From Octopus bimaculoides (lineage: Eukaryota): a stretch of 53,470 nt of DNA. The translations under genes were made by a program, and so were the position numbers. This document shows positions 33,521 through 47,206 of the stretch, in pieces. The stretch's first letter is position 1, and each line of letters begins with the position of its first letter. The notes below the pieces were generated by a model. That model worked only from the letters and a program-made list of their open reading frames with translations, searched no databases and was not told where the DNA came from. Location of the stretch: positions 32,835,436 to 32,888,905 of the forward strand of contig NC_068995.1 in NCBI RefSeq assembly GCF_001194135.2. The letters run 5' to 3'.

Positions 33521-33930
33521 CTCATTTAAAATATTATTCATTGACTGATTTTTATTCTCGCTAGACCACTGGTGGCAAATAAAATTTCAAAAATTTTTTT
33601 GCTGCCCTATAATTTATTAATATATATATATATTATGTATGGGGAGGGGTACAATGAGGAGTTTTTACTGCATTTTTGATTTTGAGACAAAATACATAAT
33701 TTTTACATATGTCCAGTACCTTACAAAAACTATATCAGCTAAGTAGATGGCCTTTCCTAAATGCATTAAAAAAGTATAACATATCCGATCACTATTTCAC
33801 AAAATTATCGCCGTTCTCTGAGTATATAAAAGACAAATTTGGCGGGGGCAAAATGAGTTAAACAAGGTAATGTAAATTTGCCGCTTTAATTTTTCACAAT
33901 ATCCATCCTTAGACATCAGAACGATCAGAA

Positions 33931-33962
<32 letters not shown>

Positions 33963-34039
33963 AACAAATAGTAAATGAGCATATGCATATATACGTATGC
34001 TCCATTGGATTTGCAACAACAATGTGCATGACCAACAAA

Positions 34040-34335
34040 GCACAACTGTGTTTAGAGAGAAGTTAGGCATAAGAAGGATTAAATGTGGTATGCAGGAGAG
34101 GAGAGTTCGTTTGGTTTGGACACATGAGGCGTATGAGTGAAGACAGCTGTATACAGAAGTGCCTGTCACTAAAAGTGGATGGTAACTGTGGAAGAGGAAG
34201 ACATTGGATGAAGTGGTGAGGACTGATCTTGGGGTTAATGGAGGAAATGACAGTAAACTGAGATGTTTGGCGATATGAGGTCCTAGGGAAGACCCATCCA
34301 CAAAACTGAGTGCTAGAAGAGTTGTGTCCCACCCA
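34040..34335 (+). mobile_element. Degenerate RTE ORF2 C-terminus
   Basis: Translation across a frameshift gives REKLGIRRIKCGMQERR...WFGHMRRMSEDSCIQKCLSLKVDGNCGRGR. Confidence 0.75.
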
Positions 34336-34869
34336 CATGTAACAACACAATTTTCACCCACTCTACCCTAAGAAGTCAAACTACAACTCCTCTTCTAATT
34401 GCCTCTTTCTCTTCCTCATATTTTCCCTATTTTTCTAACCAGGTTCTGCACTCATATTCTTGTTTCTTGTGAGTATACCTTAGCACTACACCATCTCACT
34501 TTTACTTTCTCTTAAACTTTTGCTGTTTCCTACTCTTTCTTTCTTTCCCTTTGGTCACTCTCTCTCTCTCCTTGTTTTTCCTCTGACTAGGCAACCATGA
34601 ATCACCTTCACATCAGCACACTTGTTTCTGGCCTCGTTCTGTACCTCTCTTTTTCTCTCTGTCATCATATACCTCCTCTATAGCAAGACACCTATTTCTG
34701 CCTCTCTATTTCTCTGTTACTCTCTAACTTTTCATCATTTGATACTGGATCACCTCCTCTAATGCCCCCTCCCCCTGTTGTAGAGAGACACCTGCTTCTG
34801 TGTCTCTCTGTCTCTTTGTCACACTCTGATACAAATGCCCTACTCCTCTCATAATTCCTTGTCTTGTGA

Positions 34870-35167
34870 GTTATTTGGTTACCCTGCCAGTGCTGGTACC
34901 ACATTAAAAGCATCCAGTCAACACTGTAACTGGCATCTGGAAGAGCATCCACCTGTAAAATTTGTGCCAAAACTAACTTCACCTGTGCTAGTGTCATGTA
35001 AAAAGCACTGAATCCACTCTGTGGAGTGGTTGGTATTAGGAAGGGCATCCAGCCATAAAATCCCTTCCAAAACAGACACAGTAGCCTTGGGTAGATTTCT
35101 ACCTGGCCAGCTCCTGTCAACTGTCCTACCCATGTATGCATAGAAGATGGACATTAAACGATGATGA

Positions 35168-35212
<45 letters not shown>
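34870..35212 (+). mobile_element. Diverged RTE-type 3' UTR with (GAT)n tail and long (TA)n
   Basis: ...ggttggtattaggaagggcatccagcc...ggacattaaacgatgatgatga(ta)n. Confidence 0.7.
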
Positions 35213-35216
<4 letters not shown>

Positions 35217-35689
35217 GTTTATGTACTTATTTTGTGAGATCCTTGATGTGAAATTGTCTGTTGAAACAAATAATGTTATATTTGGGAATGGTCATGTTGC
35301 CAATAATCACACACACTGTTTATTTGATCTTCCCTTTATTATTATTGTTATTATTATCATTATTAGTTCATTTGTTGAATAAATAGTGTGTGTGGTAACA
35401 TGACTGTCCCCAAATATAACAATATATATATATTTAATATCATCTAGTTAACAACCTCATAACATGCATTTCAAACCTCCTACACAAGTATTGGCTACCA
35501 TATGCCATCATACAGCAGGATTACTTCATTTACTGGATATACATTTGGATATACTAATTCCGTTAGTGTATGTAGAATTCATATAAATATCTATAAAACA
35601 AGATGGAATGAACAGGCTTTACTCACAAATCACAACAGATTATATCTGTGCAATGATAACAGCTGTTTTTTTTTATCATATTATATAAA

Positions 35690-36141
35690 CTAGCTGGCCC
35701 CATGCTATCAAAAATGACAGCTAATTGTAGTATTTTAGATATAAATATTAATGGTAAATCAAATTAATTCACCTGTCAATGTTATCTAGTGGCTGTCTTT
35801 TGAGATGTGACATTGATCATCATTTGTTACTGAAAGAATGCTGGTTCACACATACATTCACATACTTCCCCTTGTACATTCACACACACACACATATACT
35901 CACACAGAGTTGAAAAGCTGTTTGATTTTTCTTTTGAGTGTTGAATGTTCACCATCCCACTTCCATTGCGCACACACACACATTCACATACCACCCTTTT
36001 GCATACACACACATATACTCACACAAAGTTGAAATGCTTCCACTACCAGTGTGCCATCACCCCTTTGTTATTCATCTATCACACCTTTCTTTCTCATTCA
36101 TATGTTGTGATGGAGAAAAATGCAAGTATTATTATAGTAGA
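35690..36141 (-). mobile_element. Non-autonomous Helitron (second family)
   Basis: On the minus strand it begins A|TCTACTATAATAATA and ends CTAG|T. About 190 bp is shared with 37958-38346. Confidence 0.65.
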
Positions 36142-36144
36142 TGA

Positions 36145-36480
36145 GGAAGAAGGATCCCCTTTGGTCATGAATGACCATGGGAGTGTACCTAGAAAGTTCC
36201 CCTTGAGGCACAAGTCCGGGCAAGGTTGTTTATGGAAGACCAGCAGTCGCCCATGCATACCAGCCTCCCCTCTCCATGCCACTGATGTTATCCAAGGGAA
36301 AGGCAAAGGCTGATACCACTTGGCACCAGTGACGTTGCAACTCATTTCTACAGCTGAGTGAACTGGAGCAATGTGAAATAAGTATCTTGCTTAAGAACAC
36401 CACACAGCCTTGACCAGGAATTGAACTCACTACCTCATGATTGTGAGCTTGACACTCTAACTAGTGAGCCATGTGCCTTC
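36145..36480 (-). mobile_element. tRNA-derived SINE (third family) with an RTE-like 3' tail
   Basis: The minus-strand head aaggcacatggctcactagttagagtgtc...gagttcaattcctgg has A/B boxes. The tail is ...cccatggtcattcatgaccaaaggggatc. Confidence 0.65.
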
Positions 36481-37957
36481 ACTATTATATAAATATTATA
36501 TTTAAGTAAATATGATTCAGCAGTAGCCGTGCACCTCACAAAGTCCCCAAAATATAATATTTTCCCATTGGATAATTTAAAGAATAATTTCTAAAAATAA
36601 AAAGTTTGGCTCCTTTTTTAATTTAGGGTGTAATACAAAAAAAAAAACCCCCTTAAAAATATAAATCTGGACATATTTTATATAGAAGAAATAAGTTTTA
36701 TTTCTTCACTGTCTGTACAAGTTGTAATAAAAAGCATTAACAGCATTTAGTTTATAGGACCTTGTCTACTACACAGTAAATCTGATCTGATTTTCTTCAG
36801 TCCATTATTTTCTTTCTCTCTTCTGTGAATGTGGGGCTCCAAGAAAGAATTTGAAATATTGCTTTTCATGTTCATTACCATATGTGTGGTATGAAGTTTG
36901 CTTTTCGACCACTTGCTTCAGACCCAGTGTGGCACCTTGGGCAAGTGTCTTCTGCTATAGCCCCGGGCTGACCAAAGCCTTGTGAGTGGATTTGGTAGAA
37001 ACGTATCATATATATGTGTATGTGTGTTACTGTTTTTAATGTCTCCTTGTCTTGACATCATGTGATAGTCTCCATCATGCAAGCAGTTTGTTTCATTTCC
37101 AATCTTCCTTGAAATATTACCTTACTGGGAAACCGGTTAGGGTTGGCAACACAAGGGGTATCCAACTGTAGAAAATCTGCCTCATTAAATCTGTCTGACC
37201 CATGTGAGCATGAAAAGTGGACATTAAAATGATAATTTTGAAATTTAGTGACTTCTGCTGTTAATAACTAGTTGTAATTTCTGAAGTAGACATGAAACCT
37301 TAATCAAGGAGGGTTAAGTGCCTTGAGCAAGATGCCAACATAATATCTCTACCCAGGTATAGCAAGTATAGTATTCACTTGACCTTTTAAAGTAAGGATT
37401 TCAATTTCTCTTTGCGTCTGAATAGCATGGTAATCATTGTAGTATCTGGTACATATAGATTGACTCAAACTTCTGTTTGGTATATTTATTTTATAGATTT
37501 TCTGGGACTGGAGGGCAAAGTTAATTCCAGTATCATTTGAACTCAAAATATTGAAGCACAAAGTAACTCTGTTGTTTAGTTCAAATATGAATGTCTGTGT
37601 GATTAAGAACTTTGCTTTACAATCATCTACTTTTTGGGTTGACTCCGTAACACAGCACATTGACAAGTGTCTTCTATTCTTTGGATGAATTAAAGCCTTG
37701 GTGTGTGAAATTGGTATGGTAGAAAATGTGTGGAAGTTTGTCAGATGAACTGTACCAGTTCTTTAGGTGGTAACTGCAACCCACTGCCTGGATTAACACT
37801 GCTACATATAAGCATTCAAAGTTAAAAGTTTTTTATGTCATTATAAAGAGTTATGGGTGATTATATATATATATATATATATATAATAAATAATATATAA
37901 TATTTATTATTTAATTGAATGCGATGCATCCATTTCCATGTTTGTATATATATATAA

Positions 37958-38346
37958 CTAGCAGCTAAGCCCAGTTTCACCCAGTCAGTTTGGATGATGT
38001 GGCTGTAAAACCTGCTCTGTGTAAGCATTCAACTTGTTTGGGCACGTTTATGTTAAAAACAATTTTAGAATGATTTTTTTGTCTAAATCCTAAAAATAAC
38101 TGACCAACAAAAAAAACCCAACTAAAATTCAACCAAATCAAAAAATAAACCCAAATACTAAGTGAACAAAGATGAACCATCCCACTTCCATTGCACCTGC
38201 ACATGCACACACACACATTCACATACCCCCCCCTTTTACATACACACACACATATTCACACAGAGTTGAAATGCTCACCCCTTCCTTCCTTATTCATCTA
38301 TCACCCCTTCTTTTCTCATTCATAAACACAAGAGTATTATTATAGA
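37958..38346 (-). mobile_element. Non-autonomous Helitron (second family)
   Basis: On the minus strand it begins A|TCTATAATAATAC and ends with a degenerate hairpin plus CTAG|T (plus strand: actagcagctaagcccagtttcacccag). Confidence 0.7.
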
Positions 38347-38499
38347 TTATCTCGGTAACCATGGGAGCCATGAAAAAATACAAAGCCCAGCATTACCACC
38401 GGATCACTCTACACATCTGTGTAATTTTTCACGCAATTCCACCCAGCCTTTTGACCGTGAATCCGAAGACAAGAAAGAATCGTCCATGTCAAATTTATA

Positions 38500-39139
38500 T
38501 GTATAGATATATAATACATTGCTTGCAATGTTACTCAGCCAAACTGGCGCGTAATAGGAAAATACTTTGAAAGTAAAATGACCCTGAAATGTGAATACGA
38601 ACGGTATATAACAAGTTTTTCATAAATTGGGCTAGTAGTTATTGAGATATTTGGGTGTTTTGGGGTATAAATACCTCAAACAGTGTATAAATGGAAAATA
38701 CTCCAAAAATAACTTAACCCTGAAATGGAAGAAACTCTAACCTTTCCACTAGACACATTATGATGGGCAGAATATTTTAAAGTGAAAATGACTTTTAAAA
38801 TACAGTAAATATTTCATAAGCTCAGTGTGAAATAGTTTTTTTTTTCCATAGGTTTCTTTTGAGTGCATTCAATGTATCTTACCACCAAAGATTTGGTTGC
38901 TATTTCTAGCATGCCCTTGTACCATGTAACAACTATTTGCAATAAAGGATCCAAAATACCTATTACGTGATAGCAGGGTGTGCAAGAAATAGCAACCAAA
39001 TCTTTCCTTTGCTGGGGAAAGGAGTTGTTTAACGTGTGATTTCAATGTCACATTTGTTGAAAGCATGCAAAATAACATGGGGGGAAAAAACCCCCCACGA
39101 AACAAAGCTCCGTTGCTGAGGGGGTCACCGGTAGTCTAG
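38500..39139 (+). mobile_element. Non-autonomous Helitron (first family); 5' end approximate
   Basis: The 5' block cagccaaactggcgcgtaataggaaaatact...ccctgaaatgtgaatac is shared with the copies at 14634 and 39140. It ends ggtcaccggtagtCTAG|T. Confidence 0.7.
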
Positions 39140-40379
39140 TATGCTATTAAAAATGAACTTCAATCTTGCTTGCTTGGAATGTTACACAGCCAAACCGGCG
39201 CATAATGGGAAAATACTTTGACAGTAAAGTGACCCTGAAATGTGAATACAAACGGATTAAAACAAGTTTTGAGTAAATCAGACCACAAATTCCCGAGATG
39301 CATGTTGTTTCTGGGCAAAAGTTGCCACAAAACTCCAAGCAGACAACTGAACAAGGAGTTTTTGCCCTTTTAATTTTTCTCTTCATAAAACCACCGCAAG
39401 TGGTGGTAACAATAAAATTTCACATGCCTTTGCAATGTACAGCAACGTTTCCTGATTTCAAGATAAGATTTTCATTTCTTACATTATTTCTTTCGCTTTT
39501 TTGGGGTTTTCTTGAACATGAAAGAGGATTCAATGCACAAACTGCACGTGAAGTTGCTGTTATTATACAAAACAATACCAGAATTCAAGCAACAGCACAG
39601 CACATTGTGTTGAAAGAAAAAGGCAGAAAACTGCAAACATCCTCAGAATCCCATTGGTCTTACAACAGTTTTCAGTATGTTTTATTTTTTCCTTTTGGTG
39701 ATGATGGACAGACAGTATCATGAGCTGCTAATGAGTAACAAGAAGTTGACACCAATGTGCTACTATGCCTATTGAATAAAGAACCATGAGAATGAATTCA
39801 ACCATCTTCTCAGAGGTGGTCATTTATTTCAGCAATATTTGGTTGACATGGCTGCAAAGATTGAAGGACATAGGCTGCGTTATATCCGATTGGCTCAAGC
39901 ATCATTGCATTCTATGACATACAAGGGCCTTACTGATGCATTGGATGAAATCGTTATGATACCAAGAATAACAATTAATCTATCCGAAGGTGAGGATATC
40001 CCTTTGCAGCAAAACCAATTTCCAGTTCAATCATGCTTCACTCATAAAGCACAAATTATGGACAATGTCTTGATTTGTCTAGAATGACCTGTATTCCAGC
40101 ACAGTCAACTGTGTGTGGCCCTTAGTCGCGGGAAACCGAAAGGAAAGTGTCAGTGTTTCTGAAGGATACCCAGGCAACTAAGAATGTTGTCATCAAAAGC
40201 ATTCTTGAGAACAAACTAACAGCGTCAAAATAAGAAAATATTCCTTATGACATCAGAATGTGAAAGGAAAAACTGAGATAAGTATGAATAATTTCTTTCA
40301 TTTCAATGCTATGTTGAATTCAGTTTCAGTGTTTTATAACCTGAACTGTCAGTGACCCAATGGGTCATGGGTGGTCTAG
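39140..40379 (+). mobile_element. Internally deleted Helitron with Rep and PIF1-helicase remnants
   Basis: HIVLKEKGRKLQTSSESHWSYNSFQYVLFFPFGDDG and VDMAAKIEGHRLRYIRLAQASL..TYKGLTDAL match the region N-terminal to Rep. This is fused to VMIPRI...QFPVQSCF.THKAQ...PVFQHSQLCVALSR, the helicase C-terminus. The 3' hairpin tgaccca/tgggtca precedes CTAG|T. Confidence 0.9.
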
Positions 40380-40384
40380 TATAT

Positions 40385-40820
40385 ATAGAGCTGCACCAGG
40401 TTTCAGTCTGATTTGGCATGGTTTCTACAGTTGGATGCCCTTCCTAACACCAACCACTCTAAGCATGTAGTGGGTGCTTTTCACATGCCACTGGCACGGG
40501 TGCCAGTTATGAAACACTGGTATTGGCCACGACTTTGATTTCATTTAGCTTGAAAGGTCTTCTCAAGCACAGTATATTGCCAGAGGTCTCAGTCACTTAT
40601 CACTGCCTCCATGAAGCCCAAAGTTCAAAGGGTGCTTTTTATGTGTCACTGGCATGGGTGCCAGGTATGTGACACTGGAAGTCTTGGTCACTTAAAGCTT
40701 CTTTAAGTTTCCTTTTACCAAATCCACTCACAAGGCTTTGGTTGGCCCATGGGTATAGTAGAAGACACTCAAGGTGCCACGCAGAACTATGTGGTTGGGA
40801 AACAAGCTTCTTACTACACA
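40385..40820 (-). mobile_element. Old RTE 3' UTR fragment adjoining a SINE family A head
   Basis: gtttctacagttggatgcccttcctaac...gtgggtgcttttcacatgcc is followed by caaatccactcacaaggctttggttggcc. Confidence 0.65.
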
Positions 40821-41324
40821 GGGTGATACTTTAGCATGCAGTCAACCTGACATTTTTCAATTTAGTGTGTAGTCCACTTAGCCATTTCCTTGTGTGTGTA
40901 TATAAATGATTACACATATATATATATATATATAATATGATTTCAGTTAGCAGCATCAACTTCACAGTTCAACATCGGAACAGTCATATTTAAGTTTTTT
41001 GCTGATTTGATACATGTCTGAAAATTATAGACTGGAATTATTCATGTATTGTAATTCTTTTGATATGAAATAGTTCCGGGATGGGGTGGGGGTGCTTGAG
41101 TCAGTAGATTTTTTTTTTTTGCATAAATAGCAGTGTTAGTTTTTTTCACTTGATATTGAAACCACACTATTTGCTTTTACTGATGTCTCACCCAATGATT
41201 CAGTAGTTGTGTGTTCTTTTAATGGATTCCACACATGGGTAAGTTGTCTTTAGTACATTTATTATTTCCTCTGATATACTATGAATAGTCACCTCTTTAG
41301 GCTACCTCAGCTCTTTTAGTCATA

Positions 41325-41755
41325 TTCTTTTACTTGTTTCAGTCATTTGACTGTGGCCATCCTGGAGCACCACCTTTGAGGTTTTTAGTCGAACAAATTG
41401 ATCCCAGGACTTATTTTTTTAAAGTTTAGTACTTATTCTATCAGTCTCTTTTGCTGAACCACTACATTACAGGGACTTAAACACACCAACACTGATTGTC
41501 AAGCAGTAATGGAGGGTCAAACAGATACAAAGGCACACACACACATACATACATACATATATATAATATATAATATATATATATATATGATATATGTAAG
41601 GTTTCTTTCACTTTCTGTCTTCCAAATCCACTCACAAGGCTTTGGTTGGCCTGAGGTTATAGTAGAAAACACTTACCGAAGGTGTGACTCAGTGGGACTG
41701 AACCTGGAACCATGTAGTTAGGAAGCAAGCTTCTTTACCACACAGCCATGCCTGT
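41325..41755 (-). mobile_element. Full-length, CpG-decayed SINE family A
   Basis: The tail, microsatellite and head are all present in reverse complement. Confidence 0.8.
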
Positions 41756-42992
41756 AAAACATTTTAAGACATATTAAGTCAATTTTGCTGTTTGAATTTT
41801 ACTTGTTAGTTCAGTTGACTATGCAATGGCAAAAACACAAATAAATGCTTTACTGTTGTTTTAATTTTAGAAATTTAAAATTCTTCTTAGACTCTTTCTT
41901 TTTTAAAAATTAAAAAATTTTTTTTATTATTTGGTGTGTGGAAGATATTCAGCTGCAGAAACCATGCCAAAGATGACATTGGAGCTTGACGCAGCCCTGC
42001 AGCTTCTTATTTACCTGTCAAACTGTTCTGCCCATGCCATCATGGAAAGTTAGTGTTAAATGATGATGATGATTTATTTAGTTTCCTTAAGTTAGTAAAG
42101 TAGTGAAAGCTGTTTCCTACAGTAATAGATACTACGACAAATATGACCTCAGCACTAAATACCTTTACTGGTAGCAGGTTTACTTTTCATGCATTCTGTG
42201 TTCATAAAATGAGAACCAGATATTATGTGATAAACTTCATTCAATTGACTATGTCTATCCATACATAATTATGACTAATGGAACAGAACATGTGGAGCAT
42301 CTGTCTGTCAATTGTGCCCATCACAAGTGCTTATAAGTTGATTTTTGTTTTTTATTCTTCAAAGACAGATAAAACAGCAAGGCCCCAAAATATATTTGGT
42401 TAAATCAATATTTGTCCTTGACAAAATGGAACACTTCTTGTAGTTAATTGAACCACTACCTCCCTAACTCTTTAACATATCAAGCCACCTCAAGATTATT
42501 TTATTTATTTATTTATTTTTTGATTACTTGAGTACCTGTTCTGCTATTTCAGAAACTTCGATTATGAAGCAAAACAGTTTTTTTTTGTTTTTTTTTTGCT
42601 GAAATTTAATGTTACCAAGTTATTTGCATATAAAACTGCTCTAACTTTAACATGCCAAAATACTGAACAAATGGTTTGCATAGAAACCAAATCAGTTACA
42701 TGAGATACAAAATGTCATATAGAGGGCACATTGGAGATCATAATAGAGCAAAGAAAATTAAGACAACATATGTCAAGTTGTTCTTTTGTTTAATACTAGG
42801 TCACTTATTTCAGTTATTTAATGAATTAGGTTAGATATTCACATTGATTGTTGTCCTGTCAATGTTCATGAAAATCACATCTTTGTTATTTGGTTAATAT
42901 TTTGTTTTGATTAGGTACAAAAAAAAAGCAAGTTTTGAAATGGTTGGCAAAATAAGTTGACTGAATAAACTTCAATATAATTACAGGTTCTT

Positions 42993-43209
42993 AAGGCAGT
43001 GAGCTGGCAGAATCGTTAGCACTCCAGGCAAAATGCCACTAAAGGCATTTTGCCTATCTTCACATTCTGAGTTCAAATTCCACTGATGTCAACTTTGCTT
43101 TTCATTCTTTTGGAGTTGATAAAATAAGTACCAGTCAAGCATTGATGTTGATTTAATTGACTTACCTCTCTCTTGTAATTGCTGGCCTCGTGCCAAAATT
43201 TGAAATCAG
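42993..43209 (+). mobile_element. Full-length SINE family B with a perfect 17-bp TSD
   Basis: TATAATTACAGGTTCTT occurs at 42976-42992 and 43210-43226, which defines the element boundaries. Confidence 0.9.
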
Positions 43210-43424
43210 TATAATTACAGGTTCTTTGTTTAATCAACTTGCAATGCAATGAAACATTGTTCTTGATACTGTAAAACTGTTCTAAGATCTGCTGTCTCTA
43301 CTACATGCACCACCTTATCACTTTTTGATTAAGGTTATGTATTTTAAGTTGAGATTTTTGGTGTATTAAATACAGCGAAATAAGTTGATACATAAAACAA
43401 CCCCATAATCTATTATATGTGGTA

Positions 43425-43652
43425 CCACGTAAAAAGATTCAGTACACTCTGTAAAGTGGTTGGCATTAGAAGGGCATCTGGTTGTAGAAACTAAGCCAAA
43501 ACAGACTATGAATCTGGCCTCGCCAGCTCCTGTCAAATCATCCAAACCATGCTAACATGGAAGACTAACATTGAATGATAATGATGATGATTTCATCATC
43601 CACCAGCCTACTATGCATGTTTTAATTTTGGTTTTTAGTGTATGTTACATTT

Positions 43653-43696
<44 letters not shown>

Positions 43697-44215
43697 ATAA
43701 GTGCTAATCTCTAATGAAGCACCAATCTCTAATTGTGGAGGGAACCTATGGAAGGAGTAGACCCAGGAAGACAGATAAGGTGGTGAGAAAGGATCTTTAG
43801 ATGCTGGGCTTCACTGAGGAGATGACAAGGGACCAAGACCTCTGGCAGTTTGCTGTACTTTAGAAGACACATCAAGCTATGCAAACTCGTGGTCATCCAT
43901 ACATTCAGGCATGTCGTTTATGGCCATGCTCTTATGCCAGTGTCAGGTAAAATCTGCTCATACTGGTGCTATTTAAATGCACCTGTGCCAGTAGCACATA
44001 AAAAGCACCTGTGCCAGTGGCACAAAATGTACCCAGCACCCTGAAAAGTGGCTGGCATTAAGAGGAGCATCTAACCATAGAAACCATGCCAACACAGACC
44101 ATTGAAGCCTCGACAGCTCTTTGGCTGGCTAGTTTCTGTCAGATCGTCCAACTCATGCCAGTATGGAAAATGGATGTTAAATGATGCTGGGTGGTGGTGG
44201 TGGTGGTGATGATAA
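43425..44215 (+). mobile_element. Cluster of old RTE C-terminal and 3' UTR fragments with a (CA)n tract
   Basis: Two degenerate tails (43590, 44185) and gtagacccaggaagaca...ggatcttta.gatgctggg...ctggcagtttgctgtactt. Confidence 0.65.
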
Positions 44216-45694
44216 TTATGAGTAATGTTCATATAAACTGCATATATATTCAATTACCAACATATAAACTTGTATCCAAAAGCTATCTAAAAATAAGATA
44301 TCCTCCCTTTTAATGCCTTAAAATAGGCTTCATATACATTCCCTCTGTTCTACAATTAACTTCTTGTGATCGTGTTGAAAATTTTCTATACTTTATTTTT
44401 TTTTATATAAATTTAGAATTGTCAATGTTATTTAGTTTTGTTTTGAAGTAGTGAGCAAAATGGTTAAAGATTGAATAGATCTCAATATAATTATAGCTGT
44501 AGTTTCAGGCTCTTTTTTTTATCAATTCCCAATTGAGACAGAATTGAAATTCAAACTCAGATCAATGGAACAGTTCCTGAAACTTGTGAAACATATCAAC
44601 TGTTTCCACTGTGTACACCCCATTATTTCTTTGATTTACTTTTGAATTGTGGTACAAAATGCTGCTAAATAAAATCTGTTCCTGTAAAATGTCATAAAAA
44701 TAGACTTCAAATACACTGCCTATGTGTTTCAATTAATTCAAGAAAGTTTCAAAAGAATGACTTTCTCATAAAATTGTGCATTGAACAGAAACAAACTTTT
44801 ACTTGTTTTTAATATCTCTTTGTTATTTGTTAAGCTTTGAAACAGCCATGCATATTGAAGCTAGTTAGTTTCAAATTTTGTCAAATCACTTGAATGTTTG
44901 GAAATTATGATCAAGAATAACTTCAGAAACTATAAAGATGCTTGTGTAAACTCTGTCAGTTCTGTCTCAGTAGACCTATGAAGTAGTTGCTGGTAACTGA
45001 TCTATGGTGCATTCAGTCATCTAGCTATATATGGGTTTCTTGTTTCTATTGTGTGACGTTAAAAAGGTTAAGAAATGAAAGCATGTTTTAGAGGTAGTAG
45101 GAAGTCTGTTGAGATTTAGTTACTTACATTGATTGCAACTATTGTAGAAACTGACTTGTTGATTGAAATATATTAAAATAGGTAGGCTATTGTTGCTGGC
45201 ATGCTGTGAGGAGAAAAATATTAATGCTTAAGGCAGTTGTTGTTTAGCTTCTGATCAACTTCATTTTTATTTTTATCAGATTGTCCATCTCAAATTACAT
45301 TATCTAAGAAGTTTATTTTAAAAGCCACTAGAGTGACATATAAAAGAAATTGGTTGCAAGTTGAATGATTACATAGAAGTTCTCCCAATATTATAATTGG
45401 AGAAAAGCGGATTTCTTCAATAAGATTTATTTTTATATGGTATTATTATTTTCTCACACTGGATTCAATATATTAACATCTTAACTATATTTATAACAAA
45501 ATACAACTTCTAAAGATTTGTTGTTGGTTAAAGTCACTTGTGTGAAGTGAATTTGAACTCAAGATATACGAGTTGGATTGTGTAATCCTTTTGTGACTAT
45601 ATCTCTAACAAATAGATTATTTGTTTTTCAAGTAATTATCAGTGTAATCAAGGGGTTTCAGAAAATATCTATAACTTTATTCATAGTCTAGCAA

Positions 45695-45850
45695 AACCAT
45701 GATCAAAAGTGTTCCAGATGTGACCATTCCATGTATACTTAGGACTACATTGTCCAGTGTGTCCTTCCCATTTTAAAGATGCTAGATTGCAATTTGAGAG
45801 AAATTGGATGCTATTTCTAATCAGTCAAGCAGTCATATAGAATCTTCCAT
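45695..45850 (+). repeat. Unclassified interspersed repeat (related copies near 4190, 14310, 22970, 50660, 52570)
   Basis: A recurrent block of the form catgatcaaaagtgttccag...tttgagagaaattggatgctatttcta. Confidence 0.5.
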
Positions 45851-47206
45851 TTGTACTGACTAATTGAAACCTCATGATACCATTGAATATTATATTGAGA
45901 TTTCAATTTAAATATGAACATTTTAGTATGGGTGTTCTCAGACAAGTTGATATTAAACAATTAATATCTTACTTTCTCAGCCATTTCACCTCTACATTGA
46001 TAGTTGCGAACCACCTAGATTAGTGGTTCTTAACTATTTTTTGGATCTATGGACCCTTTTGATTACTATTTTATTCTAGTGGAACCCATTTAATGTTTAA
46101 AAATTAGTTTCATAGATGTTTCTTTCAAGATTCCTATTTTGTTTTTCAAATGTTCATTTGTATAGGTTTGCAATAGCATTCTCCGAGAGAACATGTTTCA
46201 GTGGCCAGAAACATGTTAAACTATGTAAAACATTAGAGAGAAAAACCTAACTGTTTCTTGCAATAAATACACCTAAAGCAATTTTTTTTTACATGGACAC
46301 TTAACTCTTTTTATATCAACCTGCTTGAGACTGCCCTTACAGTTATCTAAATTAAAATTTTCCCTCAAAATTTTGTGTTGAGATATGTTCCAAACATCAA
46401 CTTAATAATGACAAAATCATTTTACTAAATTCTTCATTATTTTCCAAATTAGTTGAAACAAAAGCACTGTTTATCAACAAATATGGTAATGAAAGAGTTA
46501 AAATATTAATGTGGATTCCTCCCACCAATTTACTATTTTACACACATGGTCCCCTCCACCACAAATTTTATAACTGGGGATGGGGTGACCTAGATAGTTA
46601 CATCTTAAATGCAAACGAAAAAGGCTGTAAGTTGGTTTTGGAACACTGCCAGTCACAGTAGATCCTACACTGTTATTATACTGGCTAGGTATTTGGCAAA
46701 TGTTATCTTTAAACCACATAAATTACAGTGACCACATGTATCTTGTTAATGAAAGCTCAGCTGAGACCACCTATCTATTATAACTGGAGGGATGTATAGC
46801 CAAGCTCTAGATTCATGGCAAGTTAGGATTTAATTAGTAGAGGTAGAGGATCAAGTTTTTCTAATTGTTTCTCTGTATTAAGTACAGTGGAAGCCATTTA
46901 TTGTAGGTACTTTAGGACGAAACTTTTTTTGATAATAACTGGCTGATAACATTAAGCAAATACTCTTAGGATCTTCTAACTTTGATTACAATAACTGCTT
47001 GTTGATATTGTTTGTGATTATATAACAGGCAGCTTCCACTCTATGGACAAAGGTATGCAAAAATTCAAACAAATGTATATAATACATATAGAAGGAAGTC
47101 TAATTGAGTGATGTTGCATGAAAGGAGAAAACGTGTCATAAACTTGTAAAAGATAACTAGGAGTAAGTCTAACAAAGACTGAAGAATGAAACTTAGAGAC
47201 TTTTTG

